From positions 1,865 to 65,864 of IMG/VR virus record IMGVR_UViG_3300033067_002207: DNA of 64,000 nt; one strand, given 5' to 3'. The notes below the pieces were generated by a model. The model made no database searches, was not told where the DNA came from, and worked only from the letters and a program-made list of their open reading frames with translations. Shown here one piece after another: positions 1-9,015 of the stretch. The position numbers and the translations under genes are program-made. Numbering within the stretch: the first letter of the stretch is position 1; each line of letters opens with the position of its first letter. This DNA is from a virus. Taxonomy: Duplodnaviria; Caudoviricetes.

Positions 1-1
1 C

Positions 2-442
2 CGCGGCGAACTGACCCTGAAGGAGCAGGCCGCGACCGCGTGCTTCCTGGGGCTGACCGTGGATGTGGAATCTATCAAGGATGACCGCATGAAGATGATC
101 GCCCAACGCCTGAGGCAGGCCGCGGTGCGAAACGTCGTTGCGATGGAGTCACAGAACCAAGCCGACGACCTGGCTGAGATGCGGGCGGTCCTGGCGAGCG
201 AGGGGATCGGCGATCAGACGTCGCCCGAAATGCTGGCCGCGGTCCTGACCGAGATGGGGGTGCTGCTGGCCGGCGACCTGGGCGAGGACCGGGCGAAGCG
301 GCTGATCGTGCAGTTGCAGGAACGGATCACGATTGATACAACTGCGACCGGCACGACCATTACGCCGGACGACGAAGCCCGCATGATGGATTCAACGATC
401 CCGGCCGAACCCGACGACGAGGAGACCGACGATGATGCGTGA
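2..442 (+). CDS. Hypothetical protein, 5' truncated; possibly terminase small subunit
   Basis: Frame is open from the window start. Helical protein with an acidic C-terminus, upstream of the large terminase. Function is a positional guess only. Confidence 0.35.
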   Translation, partial: RGELTLKEQAATACFLGLTVDVESIKDDRMKMIAQRLRQAAVRNVVAMESQNQADDLAEMRAVLASEGIGDQTSPEMLAAVLTEMGVLLAGDLGEDRAKRLIVQLQERITIDTTATGTTITPDDEARMMDSTIPAEPDDEETDDDA

Positions 443-827
443 CGCGGTGCTGGTGCTGCTGGGGGCGCTGTGGCCGGTGTGGCTCGCCGTGCTGCTGGTG
501 TTCCTGGGGCTGATTCGCGACGCGGTCAGCCGGGGACCGGGGCGGCTTCGCACGCCGAGGAATGTTTCGCCGTGGGGGTGCCCGCCGTCCGCCAGCGAGT
601 TGGAGTGCGGGGTCAGCGGCACCCCGTGCGGCGATGGCCCGGTCATCTACCGCATGATCCTGGACGATGGTTCGGGCGAGGAAGACTGCCCGCGGTGCCG
701 CGAGCGGTCCAGGGAATACCTGGAGACGCTGTCCGTGGTGCGGGCGAAGCGGGCACTGCCGCGCGACCTGGGCCTGGCCTATTGTCAAGACTGCGGCGAG
801 CCGTACCAGGTGATCGCCGGACCGTGA
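432..827 (+). CDS. Membrane-anchored Cys-rich (zinc-finger-like) hypothetical protein
   Basis: Hydrophobic N-terminus (AVLVLLGALWPVWLAVLLVFLGLI) and CPRC...CQDC pairs; overlaps the upstream stop. Confidence 0.55.
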   Translation: MMRDAVLVLLGALWPVWLAVLLVFLGLIRDAVSRGPGRLRTPRNVSPWGCPPSASELECGVSGTPCGDGPVIYRMILDDGSGEEDCPRCRERSREYLETLSVVRAKRALPRDLGLAYCQDCGEPYQVIAGP

Positions 828-994
828 ATCCTATTCTGCTCATCCCGCCGCTGGTTATGTGCTGCTTGGTCATTCTGATCGCCGCCGCGGGGGAACTCTT
901 TTCTCGAAAGTCAACCAATGCGAATTCTCGCGATCAGCATGAACGACCCGACACCGGCATTCGCCGCGGCCCTGGCCGCACTGCGGTACGGTAA
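824..994 (+). CDS. Small single-TM protein
   Basis: GTG start overlapping the previous stop (GTGA); hydrophobic stretch PILLIPPLVMCCLVILIAAAG. Confidence 0.35.
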   Translation: MNPILLIPPLVMCCLVILIAAAGELFSRKSTNANSRDQHERPDTGIRRGPGRTAVR

Positions 995-1754
995 GCACAT
1001 CGTCGAGTACTCCCGATCCCGTCAGTTCGGGGCGTCGTTGCAGGGGTACAACGCCGCCTTCGTTTCCCTGGGCGACCCGGATCACCCATCAGCCCGCCGC
1101 GTAAAGCTGGCCATGGTCAAAGCCGCCATCGGATTGCCGACCTGCCTATTCCTCGACCGACCGCTGGTCGGCGGGGCCGCTCAGTTTTGGGCGTCCGGCC
1201 TGTTCTCCGAAAGCCGGACCGATACGGCCGGGGCCGTGCAGCACCGCGGCGAGATGACGCAGGCCATGCGAAGCGACTGGCGTACAACCATCGAAACGAA
1301 GCTGGCCGACTGGGAGATGGGGCTGGACGCTTCCGCGTCCGTGGTGCCGGCCTTCGACTTCCTCGGCGTCTCGAACGGCTGGGAGCCGACCGCGTTCCAC
1401 ATCACGCCGATCCCGCCGATCCAAAAGACGATCCCGCACCTGGACGCCTTCGACGACGACCTGCCCGTCGATCAGATCGCCGCGGCGTCCGTGGTCACCC
1501 GCCGCCGCGCGGTCGGCGAGTCGCGGCCGAAGTGGTCGCCGCTGCCGGTCCTGTGCGCCCGCATGCGAACGGTGTACCTGGACGACGAACCGATCGCCCC
1601 GTTCGAATACCCGCTCGACCGGGGTGATCAGAACGAACGCGATGCGGTGCATGTCAGTCAGCGTGCGGCGTACGTCGACAAGCGAACTCAGGTCGACGCC
1701 GCAGCGAAGCTGACCAAGGCGTTGAACACCGCGATCAGACGGAGCGGACGCTGA
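918..1754 (+). CDS. Hypothetical protein with a weak GT-B/Rossmann-like N-terminus
   Basis: 278-aa ORF beginning MRILAIS with alternating beta/alpha patterning; no clear catalytic motif. Confidence 0.5.
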   Translation: MRILAISMNDPTPAFAAALAALRYGKHIVEYSRSRQFGASLQGYNAAFVSLGDPDHPSARRVKLAMVKAAIGLPTCLFLDRPLVGGAAQFWASGLFSESRTDTAGAVQHRGEMTQAMRSDWRTTIETKLADWEMGLDASASVVPAFDFLGVSNGWEPTAFHITPIPPIQKTIPHLDAFDDDLPVDQIAAASVVTRRRAVGESRPKWSPLPVLCARMRTVYLDDEPIAPFEYPLDRGDQNERDAVHVSQRAAYVDKRTQVDAAAKLTKALNTAIRRSGR

Positions 1755-1884
1755 TTCCCATTGACGGGCGTGCGGCCGGTTGTTACCTTCCCCTCGTACG
1801 TCGTCGGTTTCGCCCGCCGGCGGCATCAAACAGCCTTGCCCGCCGCTTTGGTGCCGCCGGTGCGACGTTTCTGGAACATCGCTG

Positions 1885-3168
1885 ATGTTACCCCTGACGC
1901 CCGCATGGACGGACCTGCGATATCACCCCGAACAGGCCAGGCTCTGGCGAACCACGGTCCGCTTCGCCGCCGTTGACTGCGGTCGCGGGTCCGGAAAAAG
2001 CGAGATCGCCCGCCGCCGCGTCGTGCGGATGCTCAACATCAAGCGGCCCTGGTCCGACCCGGAATACTTCTACGCACTCCCGACTCAGGACCAGGCCCGC
2101 CTCAAGCACTGGGACAAGATCAAAGCCCTGATCCCCCGCCGCTGGATCAGGCACAAAGACGAAGTTCGCATGGTGATTACCACCATCTACGGCTCGAAGC
2201 TGTCCCTGATCGGCCTCGACAAACCGCACCGGGCCGAAGGTGCCCAGTACGACGGCGGCGTCATCGACGAGTCGAGCGACGTGCGGCCCAAGGTATTTGA
2301 CCTGACGTTCCGCCCGGCCCTGACCCACCGCAACGGCTGGTGCTGGCGGATCGGCGTCCCCAAACGCTACGGGGTCGGTGCCCGCGAGTTCCGCAGCGCT
2401 TGTGACGAGTGGGGAAACATGGGCCGCGAGTATGCTCACTTTCACTGGTCGTCGGCCGACATTCTGACGCCTGAGCAGATCGAATCTGAGCGGGCGGCAT
2501 TGGATGAACGCGACTTCTCTGAGCAGTACCTGGCGAACTGGGAGATGGCGTCCGGTCAGATTTACTACTCGTTCGACAAGGGGACCACGATCAAGCCGTG
2601 GATTTACCGGCCAGACCTGCCGATCTTCGTGGGCTCCGATTTCAACGTGAACCCGATGGGCTGGGTGCTGTTACAGGCTCACGGCCAGACGCTTCACGCC
2701 TTCGACGAGATCTGGCTGAAGAATACCAACACGCAGAAGACCCTCGACGAATTGCACCGGCGGTACGCGGGGCATAAGGGGGGCTGGCGGTTCTTCGGCG
2801 ATGCGTCAGGGCGGGGCCGGCGTTCGTCGGCGTCCAGCACGGATTACATGCAGATCGCGAACGACAAACGGTTCATCAATGCGACCGTGCATTACCCGGA
2901 AGCGAACCCGCCGATCGTCGATCGGTATGCGGCCGTGAACTGGGCGCTGAAGGCCGCGAACGGTCAGCAGACGCTCTTTGTGGACGGACGGTGCTTGCAT
3001 TTGCTCGAGGATTTGGAATACCTTTCCTACCGAGAAGGCACACGCGAGGCGGATACTCGCGACCCGGACGCCGGCCACATCAGCGACGGGCTGGGGTACG
3101 TCATCCACAAGCTGAAGCCGATGCGCGTCGAACGGGAGCAGCGGTCTTCAAGAGTCGCGGCGATGTGA
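1885..3168 (+). CDS. terL: Terminase large subunit
   Basis: Walker A DCGRGSGKS, Walker B GGVIDE, C-terminal RNase H-like nuclease motifs (GSDFNVNP, FFGDASG, HISDGLGY). Start placed at ATG 1885; the ORF track opens at 1780. Confidence 0.95.
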   Translation: MLPLTPAWTDLRYHPEQARLWRTTVRFAAVDCGRGSGKSEIARRRVVRMLNIKRPWSDPEYFYALPTQDQARLKHWDKIKALIPRRWIRHKDEVRMVITTIYGSKLSLIGLDKPHRAEGAQYDGGVIDESSDVRPKVFDLTFRPALTHRNGWCWRIGVPKRYGVGAREFRSACDEWGNMGREYAHFHWSSADILTPEQIESERAALDERDFSEQYLANWEMASGQIYYSFDKGTTIKPWIYRPDLPIFVGSDFNVNPMGWVLLQAHGQTLHAFDEIWLKNTNTQKTLDELHRRYAGHKGGWRFFGDASGRGRRSSASSTDYMQIANDKRFINATVHYPEANPPIVDRYAAVNWALKAANGQQTLFVDGRCLHLLEDLEYLSYREGTREADTRDPDAGHISDGLGYVIHKLKPMRVEREQRSSRVAAM

Positions 3169-3185
3169 GGGAAAGAGAGAAACTG

Positions 3186-6100
3186 ATGGCGACCCCTGAT
3201 CAGCGAGCATCCGATGCGGCGGCATGGCTGAAATCACCGGCAGGCCAGCGCGCTCAAAAGGAGCGGTCCCGGCAGGTCGCGGAACTGAAGGCCCTGATCG
3301 CCGAGGCCATGCAGATGGGCAATCGCGGCGAAGCCCGCGACCTGCAACAGCAGATGTCGAAGCTGATGCAAAAGAACCTGCGGGAGTTTGGGGCGTCGGT
3401 CACGGACACCCCGAAGGCGTGCGACACCCGCACCATCCCGGCCGGCGCGATCAGGCCCCAGGCCCGGCCATCGTACAACTCCCGCGACACCAACAGCGCC
3501 TTCACCGCGGCCGTTCAGATGTCGGCGTTCCACAAAAGGCCGATCTATATCCTCGTGACCAACCGCGGCTGGGTTATGAAGTGGGAGAAGCCCAGCATCG
3601 CGTACCGTCAGCCGGCGTTCAAACTCACGGCGACGCTGGACGGAGATCATTACACGATCGTCAAAGACGACCTGACGCCAGGCGGCTCAGGCCCGGCGAG
3701 CGGTCAGGGGGCGTCGGTCGCCGCGGCAAACGGCGGCGGGCATGTTTCCATTCGCACCGAGATTGCTGGTCATCCTGTAAAACGCACGGCGAAACAGGAT
3801 GCGGTGATCAAGCAGATTCTTAACAAGCATGGGGCGTTTTACAAAAGCACGTCTGATAAAGATGTTCTTTTTTTTGCACGGAACCCGGATGCGTTGTATC
3901 GAGATTTGAAACGAGTGGATCGTGACGTAGAGCGTTATGACGACGACGACCTGGATGCCTCAGTCGCCGCCGGCACCGCCGGCACCGCCGCACCGACGAT
4001 CGCCGCCGACGCCGTCAACCAATCCAAGTTGACCATCCAACAGGCCATGCCGCAGTTGGAGAAGCTGGGATATCAACTGAAGCGAGGCGTGTCGTCCCCT
4101 ACCGGCCCGACCAAGTATGTCTTTCTCAAGGACGGTCAGGAAGTAACGCTCGACAGCAACCAGATCAAAACCATGCTGCAAGGAAAAGGAGCATCGCAAA
4201 TGGATGGCGTCGCCGGATTGGAAGTTCCCACGCAGTTGTCCCGTCGCGCAAAATACATGCGGGCGATGCTGGCCGGCAAGCTCGGCACGCCGGGTGATCA
4301 GCCGTCCGCGGTCGCGGCGGCGGCGAATCCGGGGAACTCAGGCAGCACCCGCAAGCACATGGATCATGCGGAATACCAACGCCGGTTAAAAAGTAAGACG
4401 CCGGACGAACTGCGGTACATCATCAAAGATGCAACAGAAGCGGCGCGGGCAAACCCGCAAGGCGAGAACGCCGGCTATTATCAGGACGAGGCGTTGTACG
4501 CTCAAATGGAACTGAAAAAGCGGGGCGTCGGTGCCGCCCACATGCCGAACAACGGCTCCGTGCCGGATCGCATCTGGACCAACCGCCCGCACACCGGGAC
4601 CGCACCGCAGAAGGCGAAGGCGGCGGCGATCACCAGCAAAAACCAGGAACACGGGTTTTACAACGAGGCCCGTATAAATGGGATGGCTGACAAACTGTTG
4701 GCGTCCACCTTTAACCGGGTCGCGTCGACCCTGGTGTCACAGTTCAAACTGACACCGCAGCAGGCCCGCGACTTCCTGGATTCGCGAGACGGCCGGCACC
4801 TGGCCGACGCGATGATTACCGATGGCAACCTCGGCCCCATGCCGGCTTGGCTCGGCAGTCAGGTCAAGAGGTTTCTCAAGCAGTACGGCCCGTCGCTGTC
4901 TGCGTCGCAGGCGAAGGCGGCGGCGGCGGCGGCAACCGGCTCCGAGAACCCGCAGATGATTTCGTTCCTAAAGGCCCAGGGCTTCAAGCCCAACGGTCCC
5001 TATTGGGAATGGGAGTACCGACCTCAACCGAGATACGTCGCGACACGAATCAGCGTGATGCTTAAAAATGATTCGAGCGACGATCGCTGGTGGATCGTGT
5101 TTCCTGGTGCGACGATGACCTGGTCTGGCCACGGCCTGGATGAGTTGACAAAGAAGGTGCTGTTTCTGAAGAAGCAGTTGGTCGATGAGGACAAGCGGAG
5201 GCATCCGCAGTTGCATCCGGGCGGGGCGTCCGTCGCGGCGTCATTCAAGGTCGGCGACAAGGTGTCTTACCCTTCGCCAAATCCCGGAGACCCGCCGATG
5301 CGCGGTGTGATCAAGCGAATCGCTGACGGCCGGGCAACGCTGGTCGATTCATTGAACCCCGGAGATCACAAGACCGTCCCAGTTTCGATGCTGAAGCCGT
5401 ACCAGCCTGGCGGCAAGGAACTGCCGTTCGCGGCGGCTGGCACCAGCGTCATGGTTTCCCGCGCGCAGCATGACGCGATGATCGACGGCGACTCGGCCTG
5501 GATGAAGGCCGCCTGGCCGAAACTGAAAAGGACCTGGGGCATCGGCGGGGCGATCGTGACCGGCACCCCGCAGCAGCTTGCCGAACTGAAGGCGAAGATG
5601 CAGGCGAACCCGGTCGCGGCGAAGCCGCAGAAACCGTTCAAATTCTCAATGGATGATAAGCAGGGGCTGTTGTCCATCGTGCAGAAATACCCGAACGGGA
5701 TTTCGAACTTCCAGTTAGCCACGCTGGCAACAGGCAAAGAAGCGACAACCGGCGTTGTCAACAGCATTATGAATAAGATGCTGGAACACGTGCGGTCCGG
5801 TGCGGTACGGAAGGTCGGTGGGATGCACGGCGGGATCATTTACAAGCCCAACGGCGGTCCGAACCCGGCCGCGTCAATCGCGGCGTCCGCTCTCGACAAA
5901 GACACGATGGACGCGGTCCGTGAGTTGCAGACCGTTTGGCGAACGATCAACAAGGCGATCGCCAGCCTGCAAAACCTGAGCATCAGCACGGGCGAGGCGT
6001 CGGACGCCGTTCACAAGACAATGGCTCAAATCGAGCGCATGGCCAAGGACGTCGACTTCGCTCAGAAGCAAGTCATGCGAAGCGGCGGTAAGGGGGCGTC

Positions 6101-6299
6101 TGCGATCGCTGCCGGCATTAACCCTGGAACCCCAGAATGGACCAACGCCGTTCGATCTACGAGAGGGAAACTGCAAGATGCGGCTGTCGCTGTATCTCAG
6201 CTTGTATCCCAAGTCGACGACCAGGCGGTTAAACAGCAAGTCATAAAAGCGGATGGTCTGCTTGGATCGGTTCGTCAAATTCTGTTCAACATCCAATGA
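3186..6299 (+). CDS. Modular multi-domain protein (~1037 aa) with repeated GAS[VI]AA-type linkers; putative head-packaged polyprotein
   Basis: ATG 3186 after a purine-rich SD-like run. About 10-13 Ala-rich linkers separate 30-100 aa modules, including an SH3/KOW-like (FKVGDKV...), a winged-helix-like and several helical-bundle modules. Confidence 0.8.
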   Translation: MATPDQRASDAAAWLKSPAGQRAQKERSRQVAELKALIAEAMQMGNRGEARDLQQQMSKLMQKNLREFGASVTDTPKACDTRTIPAGAIRPQARPSYNSRDTNSAFTAAVQMSAFHKRPIYILVTNRGWVMKWEKPSIAYRQPAFKLTATLDGDHYTIVKDDLTPGGSGPASGQGASVAAANGGGHVSIRTEIAGHPVKRTAKQDAVIKQILNKHGAFYKSTSDKDVLFFARNPDALYRDLKRVDRDVERYDDDDLDASVAAGTAGTAAPTIAADAVNQSKLTIQQAMPQLEKLGYQLKRGVSSPTGPTKYVFLKDGQEVTLDSNQIKTMLQGKGASQMDGVAGLEVPTQLSRRAKYMRAMLAGKLGTPGDQPSAVAAAANPGNSGSTRKHMDHAEYQRRLKSKTPDELRYIIKDATEAARANPQGENAGYYQDEALYAQMELKKRGVGAAHMPNNGSVPDRIWTNRPHTGTAPQKAKAAAITSKNQEHGFYNEARINGMADKLLASTFNRVASTLVSQFKLTPQQARDFLDSRDGRHLADAMITDGNLGPMPAWLGSQVKRFLKQYGPSLSASQAKAAAAAATGSENPQMISFLKAQGFKPNGPYWEWEYRPQPRYVATRISVMLKNDSSDDRWWIVFPGATMTWSGHGLDELTKKVLFLKKQLVDEDKRRHPQLHPGGASVAASFKVGDKVSYPSPNPGDPPMRGVIKRIADGRATLVDSLNPGDHKTVPVSMLKPYQPGGKELPFAAAGTSVMVSRAQHDAMIDGDSAWMKAAWPKLKRTWGIGGAIVTGTPQQLAELKAKMQANPVAAKPQKPFKFSMDDKQGLLSIVQKYPNGISNFQLATLATGKEATTGVVNSIMNKMLEHVRSGAVRKVGGMHGGIIYKPNGGPNPAASIAASALDKDTMDAVRELQTVWRTINKAIASLQNLSISTGEASDAVHKTMAQIERMAKDVDFAQKQVMRSGGKGASAIAAGINPGTPEWTNAVRSTRGKLQDAAVAVSQLVSQVDDQAVKQQVIKADGLLGSVRQILFNIQ

Positions 6300-6634
6300 A
6301 AAAATCACCGCTCATCGTCGACGCCGAACGACGCCTGATCGCTCAGGCCGGCATGCCGTTCCCCATCGTAGAGCAGCCCCCGTTCAACGTGGGCCGCATC
6401 TACGAGAACGGTACGCCGTTCTCAAAGCGGGTGCCGCTCTCGCTCCTGATCGCCACGCAGCGTGACCTGGACGCCGGCAACGTGCAGGCCATGATGGCGG
6501 ATAGCGACAGCCTGGCCCCCATCCAAACCGTATGCCATCATGGCCGGCATTTCATCAATGACGGGCACCACCGGGCGGTCGCCGCCAGGTATCGGGGAGA
6601 AACGACGATCCCCGCACAAGTGGTCGAAGTCTGA
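6296..6634 (+). CDS. ParB/sulfiredoxin-like domain protein
   Basis: LIATQ...FINDGHHRAVAARYRG motif of ParB/Srx N-terminal domains; ATGA-coupled to the polyprotein. Confidence 0.75.
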   Translation: MKKSPLIVDAERRLIAQAGMPFPIVEQPPFNVGRIYENGTPFSKRVPLSLLIATQRDLDAGNVQAMMADSDSLAPIQTVCHHGRHFINDGHHRAVAARYRGETTIPAQVVEV

Positions 6635-6646
6635 AGGAGCAGGTAA

Positions 6647-8158
6647 ATGCCGCGGTTGGAAAAGACGCAAGACCAGGTTCTCAGCACGACCGGCATCGAC
6701 GGCGTGCTGGCGAAGGTGCAGCCGATCGATTGGAATAAGCGCGTCCGCAAGATGCGACGCGACCCGACGATCTCCTACCTCAGAAAACTCCTGATGGCCC
6801 CGATCCTCACATCGGACTGGACCGTCACCAGCGACGAGGGATACAAGCAGGCCGAGCAGAGCATTCACTCGGCGTTCGTACCGCGGCGGTTCGATATCAT
6901 CCGCAACGTAATCCGCGGCGAGCTAGACTTCGGCTGGCAACCGTTCGAGATGGTTTGGGATTACGATCAGGAACTCAACCAGGTTGTGCTGCGGAAGATG
7001 AAGCCGCTGCTGCAGGACATCACGGAGATACTCGTCAATCCGCACGGGGACCTGGTCGGCGTCCGCAACCGGCCGACGTACCTGTCGTCGCTGGGGTACA
7101 CCGGCCCCTGGGTCGATCTGTTCGGAAGCGAGTGCCTGGTCTTCAGTCACGACGTCGAAGGCACGAACTGGTACGGCGAGGCCGCGATGCGTGCCCAGGA
7201 AGGCCCGTACGAATCCTGGAACGAATGCGAAGCCGCGGCGAAGCGGTACGACACCAAGATCGCCGGCGCTCAGTGGGTGATCCGCTACCCGGAAGGGACC
7301 AGCACCTATAACGGGCAGGAAGACGTTGATAACTTCGTGGTCGCTCAGGACATCATGCGGAAGCTGGAGTCGTCCGGCAAAATCGCAATCCCGCAGCGGG
7401 TGCTGGATCAGGTGGAAGACCTGAACCAGGGCGTGACGGACGCGACGCGGGCCTGGGATATCGAACTGATCACCGCCAGCAGTTCGTCAGAGAGTCAGTT
7501 CGTCGGCCGGCAAAAATACCTCGACGCCCTGAAGGCGCGGGCGATCGGAATTCCTGAGCGGGCGGTGTTCGAAGGCCAGTTCGGCACCAAGGCCGAGGCC
7601 GAGGCCCACGCGGACTTCGCGATCGACAACATTCAGATGTGGCAGACGGACATCATCAATCATCTGAACAATACCGCCGTCAAATTCCTGCTGGAGATGA
7701 ATTTCGGCAAGGCTTACGAAGACCACGTGCGGCTCACCGCCTCGCCTCTCAGTGACGAGCGGAGGGCGTTCCTGCGGACGCTGTATATGGCCTACTTCCA
7801 ATCGCAGACCGGTTCCGCCGAGGAAGGCGAATCCGTCGATTGGGATGCCATCCGCGAAGAGCAAACGATCCCCACGCGGAAGGATCAGCATTCGATGGAG
7901 AAGGCGGAAAGCAAGGGCAAGGTGGATCAGCCGGGTGCCGAGGGGAATCCGGACGAGCCAGCCGCCGCGGCCTTGGGCGAGTACATGGAGGTTGGTCAGC
8001 GGGTCTGGATGAACAACCTGAAGCGTATCCGCAGTATCCTGGACGAAGTTCAGCACGGGACGATGAGCCGGCCGCTGGCTGAGCAGACGCTGCACATGAT
8101 CGGATTGCCGCCGAACCGGGTGTCCGCGATGCTGGACGCGATCGAGCCGGACGCTTAG
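6647..8158 (+). CDS. Portal protein (Mu gp29/DUF935-like)
   Basis: SD AAGGAG, 503 aa, position after terL; motifs LDFGWQPFEMVW and WYGEAAMR; C-terminal extension after an Ala-rich linker. Confidence 0.85.
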   Translation: MPRLEKTQDQVLSTTGIDGVLAKVQPIDWNKRVRKMRRDPTISYLRKLLMAPILTSDWTVTSDEGYKQAEQSIHSAFVPRRFDIIRNVIRGELDFGWQPFEMVWDYDQELNQVVLRKMKPLLQDITEILVNPHGDLVGVRNRPTYLSSLGYTGPWVDLFGSECLVFSHDVEGTNWYGEAAMRAQEGPYESWNECEAAAKRYDTKIAGAQWVIRYPEGTSTYNGQEDVDNFVVAQDIMRKLESSGKIAIPQRVLDQVEDLNQGVTDATRAWDIELITASSSSESQFVGRQKYLDALKARAIGIPERAVFEGQFGTKAEAEAHADFAIDNIQMWQTDIINHLNNTAVKFLLEMNFGKAYEDHVRLTASPLSDERRAFLRTLYMAYFQSQTGSAEEGESVDWDAIREEQTIPTRKDQHSMEKAESKGKVDQPGAEGNPDEPAAAALGEYMEVGQRVWMNNLKRIRSILDEVQHGTMSRPLAEQTLHMIGLPPNRVSAMLDAIEPDA

Positions 8159-8649
8159 AGCGTCGTAAAGCACTCTTCCGGGACCAGGATGTTGATCAGT
8201 TCGACGCGGTCGCCGAACGCCGTGGCGTTCTCTTCGATAATCTTCAGGATCACCGGCTCGCGGGTGACCGGGTTGGTCCGCACGACCGCGGCGGGAACCT
8301 GACGGAATGACCGCGTCCCCCGGCCGTCTTCGCGTTCGATCACGATGACGTTTGTCGGCTGATCATCAACCACTCGCATCGTCCCGCCGCTTGGCTCGCT
8401 GACCGCCTCAGGCTCGCGGACAGGCTCCGGTGTCGGTTCCTGGTGATGACGCCGCCAGTTCCAGATCGCCGCGGTGTATACGCACGTCAGGGCCACGGCG
8501 AGGGGCAGCAGGCCGTACATCCCCGGCCGGGTGAAGATCAGGTAAAGCCACAGGGACTGATTGGCCAGCCCGATCAACCAGCCCTGCCACATGCGGCGGG
8601 CGAGGCACGCCATCGAGAGGAACGTCGTCAGGGAAAGAATCCAGTCCAT
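8155..8649 (-). CDS. Three-TM membrane protein (PnuC-like N-terminus) with a soluble C-terminal domain
   Basis: MDWILSL...WQGWLIGLANQSLWLY...YGLLPL...WNW resembles the short PnuC-like proteins of phages. Confidence 0.55.
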   Translation of the reverse strand: MDWILSLTTFLSMACLARRMWQGWLIGLANQSLWLYLIFTRPGMYGLLPLAVALTCVYTAAIWNWRRHHQEPTPEPVREPEAVSEPSGGTMRVVDDQPTNVIVIEREDGRGTRSFRQVPAAVVRTNPVTREPVILKIIEENATAFGDRVELINILVPEECFTTL

Positions 8650-8894
8650 CAGCTTCGCTTTCGTGTCGGCGGGGAAACCATGTTGACCAGGTTCATAATC
8701 CTGGTCTCGCGGGCGATCGCGGAGATCTCCTCAGGCGTCGGGTCCGTGGTCTGACGGCAGCAGTTGTGACAGAGGCCGGATTCGGAGTCATCAGAACACG
8801 GGCGGTTGCAATCGATATTCGCACAGCGGCGCTGGGGCTGCTTGGTGATCTGCAACAGGCGGTGCATGCGGCGGTCGGATTTGTGTCGCGGCAT
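8649..8894 (-). CDS. Small Cys-rich (zinc-finger-like) protein
   Basis: CANIDC...LCHNCC; overlaps the next start; has its own promoter. Confidence 0.6.
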   Translation of the reverse strand: MPRHKSDRRMHRLLQITKQPQRRCANIDCNRPCSDDSESGLCHNCCRQTTDPTPEEISAIARETRIMNLVNMVSPPTRKRS

Positions 8895-8902
8895 GGCGAG
8901 CT

Positions 8903-8931
8903 AGAATAGCAGCCCGCCCCGGAAAGCACAA
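8903..8931 (-). promoter_or_regulatory. Sigma70-like promoter, near-leaderless
   Basis: TTGTGC-N17-TATTCT, 8 nt upstream of the ATG at 8894; no SD. Confidence 0.5.
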
Positions 8932-9015
8932 ACACCGCGACAGGCTCAGCAAACCCTGCCGCGGCGTAACAAAACGGACTGGCCGAAAACAATCCGGCCG
9001 ATCCTCGCCTGAAAA

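Noticed and set aside
1761-1976. 71-aa ORF between the orphan gene and terL
   Set aside because: It overlaps the terL start, has no SD or motif, and the composition is uninformative.
3868-3875. T8 homopolymer in the polyprotein as a phase-variation switch
   Set aside because: The frame is intact (LFF), there is a single tract and there is no evidence of length variation without reads.
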